A stretch of DNA of 23,797 bases. Origin: Elusimicrobiota bacterium. GTDB taxonomy: Bacteria > Elusimicrobiota > Elusimicrobia > Elusimicrobiales > UBA9959. A program made the translations under genes and the position numbers. This document shows positions 18,070 to 23,797 of the stretch, piece by piece. Under the pieces are notes generated by a model. The model saw only the letters and a list, made by a program, of their open reading frames with translations, was not told the origin of the DNA and did no database searches. Location of the stretch: NCBI GenBank assembly GCA_037137395.1, contig JBAXKK010000035.1:1-23797 (forward strand), given 5' to 3'. The first letter of the stretch is position 1. Every line of letters starts with the position of its first letter.

Positions 18070-19841
18070 ATTTTCCGTTTAGCCGGGGACGATTTCATTA
18101 TCATCTCTCTTTCCAGCGCTTCGCGGGACAAATGCGGAGACATATCCTCTATGGGGCAATTAACGGTCAGCTTAGGGTCAACGGTAGTATTCGCCCCGAG
18201 CTTTACGTCAATCAAAACCGGCCCGTTATATTTTAAAGCGGAATCAAGGACTTTCCCCGCCTGACTCATGGAGCTTATGGTGTAGACCTTGAGGCCATAG
18301 GCAACGGCTATTTTTTTTATATCGGGGCAATGGTAGCCGATCTCCGTGGATTGCCGTCTGCCGCCGAAATATATATCCTGAAACTGCCTGACCATGCCAA
18401 GGCAGCCGTTATTCATGATTATCAGCTTGATCGGGAGCCGGAGTTTCACAAGGGCGTCCATGTCCTGAATATTCACCTGTATACCGCCGTCTCCGCAGAT
18501 CGCCAGCGCCCGTCTGCCGGGAGCCGCGAGAACGGCGCCTATTGCCGCCGGCATCGAAAAACCCATTGAGCCCATCCCGCCTGAAACCAGCATCCTTTGC
18601 CCCTTCTTGACTTTATAAGACTGAGCGGCCCACATCTGATTCTGTCCTACGTCAAGACAAACGATGTCGCTGCTTTTAGCGCGGGAGGACAGAAAATCCA
18701 TAAAATTGTTGGGCTGAATATCGCCGCCGGGGTTTTTGCTTTCGGACGCCGGATACCTGAGGCGGCAGCTTTCTATAACTTTGTGCCAGGGCGCAAGCGC
18801 CTCGCGCGGACGGGCGTTTAGCGCGGAATTAAGAGCTTCAAGAAAAACGCGGACATCGCAATTAAGAGCGATATCCGCTTTAACCTTGGCGTTAAGTTCT
18901 ACGGGGTCAATATCAACATGGATCTTAACGGCGCCGCGCGCGAAAGTTCCGGGCTTTGTGCCGGTCTGCCGGTTATCAAGCCTGGAACCGAGGATGAGCA
19001 GCAGATCGGAATTGGCTAAGGCCAGATTTGCATAGCGGTTGCCATAAGCCCCTATCATGCCCGAAAACGAGGGATCATCGTGGGCGAAGGAGTCCAACCC
19101 CATAAGGGAAGTAACCACTGGAATACCGGTTTGTTTCACCAAAACTTCCAATTCCGAAGTGGCACCGGAAGTTCGCACTCCTCCGCCGGCAAGTATCACC
19201 GGGCGTTTGGCGGAGGAGATCAATTTCACTATCCTGGCGATGACAGACGGCGGCAGCGCATGGATCTTCAACAGGCGCTTATGCTCCGGGCTGCCGAAAA
19301 AACCCTTAAGTTTTTTTGGGTTTATCTCGGAGCGTTGGATATCCATCGGTATATCCAGCAGCACGGGGCCCGGCCTGCCGCTCTGGGCGAGGAAAACGGC
19401 CTTTTCCAGGCAGTAACGTATCCGGGACGCGTCGCCGACCATTTCCGCGTATTTGACAAGGGGCTTAACAACGCTGACTATGTCGGTTTCCTGAAAACCT
19501 ATCTGCCGCACGGGTCTTTCAAATTTATATTCGTACGTGTTAACCTGCCCGGTTATAAACAGGCAAGGGACAGAGTCGAAATAACAGCTGCCGATAGGCG
19601 TCAGCATGTTAAGGGCCCCGGGGCCGCTGGTAGCCATGGCCACGCCAAGCCTGCCGTTGATCCGCGCATAGCCTTCAGCCGCGAAAGCGGCGGCCTGCTC
19701 GTGATGCATTGAGACGCAGATTATGTCTTTGCGCCCGTGCACGGAATCCAGGAGATGGGTGATCATCCCGCCCACCATTTCAAAGACATGGCCGACCTTT
19801 TCCTTTACTATAAAATCTATGACATAATCCGACAACTTCAT
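18066..19841 (-). CDS. Thiamine-pyrophosphate-binding protein (acetolactate-synthase-like, YerE-like)
   Basis: HHEQAAAFAAEGYAR, ATSGPGA, SGRPGPVLLDIP, DVGQNQMW, GDGG..NNGCLGMVRQ ThDP motif. Confidence 0.9.
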   Translation of the reverse strand: MKLSDYVIDFIVKEKVGHVFEMVGGMITHLLDSVHGRKDIICVSMHHEQAAAFAAEGYARINGRLGVAMATSGPGALNMLTPIGSCYFDSVPCLFITGQVNTYEYKFERPVRQIGFQETDIVSVVKPLVKYAEMVGDASRIRYCLEKAVFLAQSGRPGPVLLDIPMDIQRSEINPKKLKGFFGSPEHKRLLKIHALPPSVIARIVKLISSAKRPVILAGGGVRTSGATSELEVLVKQTGIPVVTSLMGLDSFAHDDPSFSGMIGAYGNRYANLALANSDLLLILGSRLDNRQTGTKPGTFARGAVKIHVDIDPVELNAKVKADIALNCDVRVFLEALNSALNARPREALAPWHKVIESCRLRYPASESKNPGGDIQPNNFMDFLSSRAKSSDIVCLDVGQNQMWAAQSYKVKKGQRMLVSGGMGSMGFSMPAAIGAVLAAPGRRALAICGDGGIQVNIQDMDALVKLRLPIKLIIMNNGCLGMVRQFQDIYFGGRRQSTEIGYHCPDIKKIAVAYGLKVYTISSMSQAGKVLDSALKYNGPVLIDVKLGANTTVDPKLTVNCPIEDMSPHLSREALEREMIMKSSPAKRKI

Positions 19842-19897
19842 ATACAGAGGCCTCCAGCGCCGATTCTAATGCGTAGTGAAAATAGTATACGTCAACT

Positions 19898-20950
19898 TTA
19901 CGCGTGAGAAGAGAGATACCACTCGTAGCTTTGTTTTACGCCGTCTTTTAAGGGGATCGCGGGCTGCCAGCCCAACGCCCGTATCCTTGAGATGTCTAAA
20001 AGCTTTCTGGGGGTGCCGTCAGGTTTAAAGGTGTCGTATTTTATGGCGCCGTCGTACTCAACCGCGTCTTTTATTATATGCGCCAGCTGTTTTAATTTCA
20101 GATCTTCACCCGTGCCGATATTCACTATCTCGCCGATGTCGGAATAATCGCATTTCTCCATCAGGAACAGGGCCGCTGCCGCCATGTCGTCCACGTGCAG
20201 AAATTCCCGGTAAACTTCGCCGGTGCCCCAGAGGAGGACGCTGTCCGCCGTAACGCCTATGGACTCCAAAGCGGCGGCAATAGAGCCTTCGTCCTTAAAA
20301 TTAATTTTTTTATCCAGACCGAAGCCTATGGGACGCTTCTGCAAATCTTTAGAGAGCGCGGAAAAATCCTTAAGCTTCAAAAGCTTTGCCAGATGGAATT
20401 TCCTCAGTATGGCGGGCAGCACATGGGCGGTTTCCAGGTTATAGTTATCATGCGGCCCGTAAAGATTGGTGGGCATCGCCGACAGATAATTAGTGCCGTA
20501 CTGTTCGTTGTAATACCGGCACATTTTTAAAGCCGCTATTTTTGAGATCGCGTAAGCCTCGTTGGTAGGTTCCAGCGCGCTTGTAAGGAGCGATTCCTCC
20601 TTCATCGGCTGGGGAGCGAGTTTGGGATAGATGCACGAAGAACCGAGGTTTAAAAGTTTTTTTACTCCCGTCTTATAAGCGGCGTCTATAACATTAAGGG
20701 AAATAGCCAGGTTGTCATAAATGAATTCGGCTTTATAGGTACTGTTAGCGAGTATACCCCCGACCCTTGCAGCGGCGAGGAAAACCCAATCCGGTTTGTT
20801 TTTTTTGAAATAGTCCTCGGTTTCCTTCTGCCTTTTCAAATCCAGCTTGTCGTGATTTTCAACCAGCAGATCGTGCTTTTTGCCGGCAGCCAGTTTCCGG
20901 TAAATAGCCGAACCGACCAAACCCGTGTGCCCCGCGATATATGTTTTCAT
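19898..20950 (-). CDS. fcl: GDP-L-fucose synthase
   Basis: AGHTGLVGSA, AARVGGILAN, LGSSCIYP, EPTNEAYAISK, MPTNLYGP, WGTG..REFLHVDD, KPDGTPRKLLD. Confidence 0.92.
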   Translation of the reverse strand: MKTYIAGHTGLVGSAIYRKLAAGKKHDLLVENHDKLDLKRQKETEDYFKKNKPDWVFLAAARVGGILANSTYKAEFIYDNLAISLNVIDAAYKTGVKKLLNLGSSCIYPKLAPQPMKEESLLTSALEPTNEAYAISKIAALKMCRYYNEQYGTNYLSAMPTNLYGPHDNYNLETAHVLPAILRKFHLAKLLKLKDFSALSKDLQKRPIGFGLDKKINFKDEGSIAAALESIGVTADSVLLWGTGEVYREFLHVDDMAAAALFLMEKCDYSDIGEIVNIGTGEDLKLKQLAHIIKDAVEYDGAIKYDTFKPDGTPRKLLDISRIRALGWQPAIPLKDGVKQSYEWYLSSHA

Positions 20951-20958
20951 AATGATCC

Positions 20959-22449
20959 TTACCGGCGATCAAAAAAAGATTTAAAGCTATCCGAGATATA
21001 CTTCAGCATTTCTCCGGTCATACCGGGGTAGACGCCTATCCAGAAGGTGTCGCGCATGATCTGGTCGGTGACGGGCAGTGAAGAGGCAAAGCGATTTAGA
21101 GGCAAGGACGCATGGCCTACGACGCGAAAGCCTTTGCCGGAGCGGCGCATTTCGTCGAAGCAGGGGTGCTTTATAAGGTTACCGGCGAACAGCACGCGGG
21201 TCTGTATTTTATTGGCCTCAAGATGGCTGACCAGATCTTCGCGGGTAAAGCCGGCGTTTGCCTTGACCGTCAGCAGGAAGCCGAACCAGCTTGGGTCGGA
21301 ATTATCGGCGGGCTCGGGCAGTATAAGCTTGTCCGAAAAAGCGTTAAGGGCTTTGCGCAGGTATTGCCAGTTCTTTTTTCTGGCCTCTATGAATTTGGGA
21401 AGCTTCTCAAGCTGGGCCAGGCCGACGGCCGCCTGCATCTCGGTGGCTTTGAGGTTATAACCGAAATGGGAGTAAACATACTTATGGTCGTAGCCCAAAG
21501 GAAGTTCGCCGAACTGCCGGGTGAATCTCTTACCGCAAGTGTTATCTTTGCCGGAAGGACACCAGCAGTCGCGTCCCCAGTCACGAAAAGAATCCACAAG
21601 CCTTTTAAGCTGGGGGTTATTAGTATAGACCGCCCCGCCCTCGCCCATGGTCATATGGTGAGGCGGATAGAAGCTGGAAGTGCCGATATCGCCGAAGGTT
21701 CCGGTGTATTGTAGAGGTTTAGCAGCCTGGAGGCAAAGCCGTTTAGCGGGATGGCCCCCTGTACCCAAGCTGCCTTGCATCCTAATCGCTTTGCATCCAA
21801 GCTGCTTTGCCTCTAAATCGCTTTGCATCCTGTACCGACTGCCCAGAGCGTCGCAGTTATCCTCAATTAGCCAAAGGTTATGTTTGTCGCAGAAAGCACG
21901 GACTGCTTTCAGGTCGAAGGGGTTGCCCAAAGTATGAGCCACCATTACGGCCTTGGTCTTTTTTGAAAGAGCTTTTTTCAGCAGGGAACAGTTGATATTA
22001 TAGGATGGCAATTCAACATCCACGAATACGGGGACCGCGCCATACTGGATTATAGGCGTAACAGTGGTAGGAAAGCCGGCGGCTACGGTTATAACTTCAT
22101 CACCGGGCTTTATGCGCTTTGCGCCAAGTTTTGGGGAAGTCAGGGCCATGAAAGCCAGAAGATTGGCCGAGGAGCCGGAATTTACCAGAGAAACATGCCT
22201 GACGCCAAGGAATTCACCGAACTTTTTCTCGAAAGCGTCAACATAGGGGCCGGAAGTAAGCCAGAAATCAAGGGCGGAATCGACAAGATTGCACAATTCT
22301 TTCCCGTCGTATATCCTGCCGCCGTAAGAGACAAAAGATTTGCCGGGCTCAAAGTCCTTTTTTTTATGGAAAAGGCGATGGTACTCCGAAACCTTACGGA
22401 GTATCTCTTTGCGCATTTTTTTATCGGTTTCAGCAGTTTTGAGGCTCAT
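20959..22449 (-). CDS. rfbH: CDP-4-keto-6-deoxy-D-glucose 3-dehydrase (RfbH/DdhC) carrying two in-frame repeat insertions
   Basis: LDFWLTSG, NSGSSANL, AHTLGNPF, SFYPPHHMTMGEGG, Fe-S motif GRDCWCPSGKDNTC, YDHKY, TFWIGVYPG. Confidence 0.93.
   Translation of the reverse strand: MSLKTAETDKKMRKEILRKVSEYHRLFHKKKDFEPGKSFVSYGGRIYDGKELCNLVDSALDFWLTSGPYVDAFEKKFGEFLGVRHVSLVNSGSSANLLAFMALTSPKLGAKRIKPGDEVITVAAGFPTTVTPIIQYGAVPVFVDVELPSYNINCSLLKKALSKKTKAVMVAHTLGNPFDLKAVRAFCDKHNLWLIEDNCDALGSRYRMQSDLEAKQLGCKAIRMQGSLGTGGHPAKRLCLQAAKPLQYTGTFGDIGTSSFYPPHHMTMGEGGAVYTNNPQLKRLVDSFRDWGRDCWCPSGKDNTCGKRFTRQFGELPLGYDHKYVYSHFGYNLKATEMQAAVGLAQLEKLPKFIEARKKNWQYLRKALNAFSDKLILPEPADNSDPSWFGFLLTVKANAGFTREDLVSHLEANKIQTRVLFAGNLIKHPCFDEMRRSGKGFRVVGHASLPLNRFASSLPVTDQIMRDTFWIGVYPGMTGEMLKYISDSFKSFFDRR
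21084..21107. repeat. Three octamer units inserted in frame near the rfbH 3' end
   Basis: AGGCAAAG CGATTTAG AGGCAAGG; 22/24 match to the reverse complement of 21805-21828. Confidence 0.8.
21715..21828. repeat. In-frame octamer-repeat element with inverted arms inside rfbH
   Basis: Right arm of 8 octamers at 21765-21828 (CCAAGCTG CCTTGCAT CCTAATCG CTTTGCAT CCAAGCTG CTTTGCCT CTAAATCG CTTTGCAT); left arm of 4 inverted units at 21715-21746. Confidence 0.88.
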
Positions 22450-22540
22450 TTCAGTCCCTCAGTATAAAATCGCTTATTATATAGTTAACCTGGTTGCAGT
22501 TGGCGCGTTTTGTCGCCGCGGGTAGCCCAGATTTTCCTAT

Positions 22541-22638
22541 TCCGTCTTTCCGGCGAAAGCCGGAATCCAGGTATTCTTGATGCTGGATACCGGCTTTCCC
22601 CCCAGTTTCACGGTGGGGCAGGCTGCCGGTGAGACGGA
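22541..22638. repeat. REP/RPE-like palindromic element with a nested hairpin
   Basis: Left arm CCGTCTTTCCGGCGAAAGCCGGAATCCAG (22542-22570); right arm CTGGATACCGGCTTTC[26 nt]GCCGGTGAGACGG (22583-22637). Confidence 0.75.
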
Positions 22639-22723
22639 CCAACTGAAGGTTAATTATAGCAATTTGCTGGAGAGGATTAGAGGGCCAAAGGACTGGCAAA
22701 TGCACCCAAAGGACCCACTTGGC

Positions 22724-22871
22724 TCGAACGATGGATGCCGGGGGATCTGGGTTAGCGAAACCGTACCGGACCGTGCCACTTGCGTAGCGTGGCGCGGGAG
22801 GTCCGGAAGTGCGGCCACGGTGTGGCCGACACTGATTTCGCGTTCCAGTCCCACGGCAGCCAGCGAACCGA
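22724..22871 (+). other. Structured intergenic element (candidate MITE-like element or ncRNA)
   Basis: About 30-bp imperfect closing stem (22729-22760 with 22836-22865) enclosing stems CCGGACC/GGTCCGG, GTGCCAC/GTGGCGC and CGGCCAC/GTGGCCG. Confidence 0.55.
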
Positions 22872-22949
22872 AAGATGATAACTAAGCGACGGATTTGGGT
22901 GACGAAACTTCGAATCTTATGTGTAAGTCTCGCATACAGATTGCTGGAA

Positions 22950-23693
22950 TTAGATCTTTATGCGCAGGTCATCAACGGCGGCCTGGGTGTTTTTGAAGGT
23001 TTTCCTGGCTATTCTTTGGGCGTTTTCACGGTCTTTCATGGCGGGGTATCTGTCGGCGCCAAAATGGACAAGGACCAGCTTTTTGACGCCGGCTTCTTTG
23101 GCCAGCGCGGCCGCGCTTTCCGGGTTCATGTGAGGCCAGCCCGGATTCTCTTCCCCCGGCCTGTGGGCGCACTCACTTATAAGCAGGTCCGCGCCCGCGG
23201 CCAGTTTTAATGAATTCGGGCAATAGCCGGTATCGGTGCAATAAGTCACTATTTTGCCGTCTATATTAAATCGATAGCCCAGCACGGGATCGGCGTGGAC
23301 CAGGGGGAGGCATTTGACGTCAAACGGGATTCGCGCGATCTGCGCCGGCAGCTCCAGAACGCCGGTTTTGGTCTTTAAATTTTTCAGCGGTATGGTGAAC
23401 GGGCGGCGAAGGATTGAATTTAGTGTTTTATTGGCGCCTTTACCGGCGCAGATAGTCATGCCCTTTTTAAAATTAAACTTTGTCAGGATGTGAAGGCCGA
23501 CTATGTGGTCCAGATGAAAATGGCTTAAAAAAAGATAAACAGGTTTTGAACCGTCCACATATTGGTCCAGCTTATAGATGCCGTTGCCGGCGTCCATAAC
23601 GATGTCATATTTTTCGGTTTTGAGAAGCACGCAGACAGCGTTACCGAGTTTTGTATCGTACCAACCGTTGGTGCCGAGGAATATTATTTCCAT
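22950..23693 (-). CDS. MBL-fold metallo-hydrolase (ribonuclease Z/BN-like)
   Basis: IIFLGTNG start, DAGNG, SHFHLDH (HxHxDH), YCTDT, ADLLISEC, H..P..AA, LVLVHF. Confidence 0.88.
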   Translation of the reverse strand: MEIIFLGTNGWYDTKLGNAVCVLLKTEKYDIVMDAGNGIYKLDQYVDGSKPVYLFLSHFHLDHIVGLHILTKFNFKKGMTICAGKGANKTLNSILRRPFTIPLKNLKTKTGVLELPAQIARIPFDVKCLPLVHADPVLGYRFNIDGKIVTYCTDTGYCPNSLKLAAGADLLISECAHRPGEENPGWPHMNPESAAALAKEAGVKKLVLVHFGADRYPAMKDRENAQRIARKTFKNTQAAVDDLRIKI

Positions 23694-23717
23694 ATAGAAT
23701 CAATATCGATATAGTTT

Positions 23718-23797
23718 GCCATAAGCTATAGGCTATAGGCTATAGGCTTTAGGCTTTAGGCTTTAGGCTTTAGGCTTTAGGCGAATAACTACGCCAT
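23718..23797. repeat. Heptamer array C (truncated by the window end)
   Basis: GCCATAA, GCTATAG x3, GCTTTAG x5, GCGAATAACTAC GCCAT; 78/80 identical to 14404-14483. Confidence 0.95.

Noticed and set aside
20240..20390. Roughly 40-aa extra segment in Fcl (LLKLKDFSALSKDLQKRPIG...)
   Set aside because: No DNA periodicity or inverted arms; resembles the insertion I recall in a natural long-form Fcl subfamily
6553..22365. Several 8-nt A/T homopolymers in CDSs as phase-variation tracts
   Set aside because: Short, mostly Lys codons, all genes are in frame, and such tracts are expected at this composition
22515..22530. GCGGGTAGC as an ops/JUMPstart element
   Set aside because: Imperfect match and on the non-coding strand relative to the operon
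22799..22809. AGGTCCGGAAG resembling the SRP RNA core
   Set aside because: Lacks the following GAAGCAGC and the CC-GGAA-GG closure; these bases pair with the upstream CCGGACC instead
22451..22885. Short ORFs (84, 102 and 66 aa) in the rfbH upstream region
   Set aside because: They are translations of palindromic elements with no recognisable protein motifs
49..23210. Many plus-strand ORFs of 60-210 aa
   Set aside because: Antisense shadows of well-supported minus-strand genes, with no motifs

Overview
A single-orientation (minus-strand) bacterial surface-polysaccharide (O-antigen/LPS-like) biosynthesis locus. It encodes a Wzx flippase, a B12-binding radical SAM enzyme, GT10 and CgeB-type glycosyltransferases, a SAM methyltransferase, an epimerase-GT2 fusion, a split transketolase, a YfhO-like membrane protein, ColD-like and ColC-like enzymes, an NAD-dependent epimerase, a ThDP enzyme, Fcl and RfbH (DdhC). 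An RNase Z-like MBL hydrolase lies upstream. Superimposed on this is an unexplained layer of repeats. (i) Modular 7-bp-period arrays at 14315-14595, 15788-16205 and 23718-end share 34-80 bp near-identical direct repeats and bracket a non-sugar AAA+/DUF4143 gene placed between the colC-like and colD-like genes. (ii) An 8/16-bp-period repeat family is inserted in frame twice inside rfbH, in inverted orientations. (iii) Both AAA+/DUF4143 genes carry their own predicted sigma70 promoter with palindromic operator-like sites. (iv) A REP-like palindrome and a multibranch structured element lie upstream of rfbH. All functional calls rest on motifs read by eye; no database searches were run.
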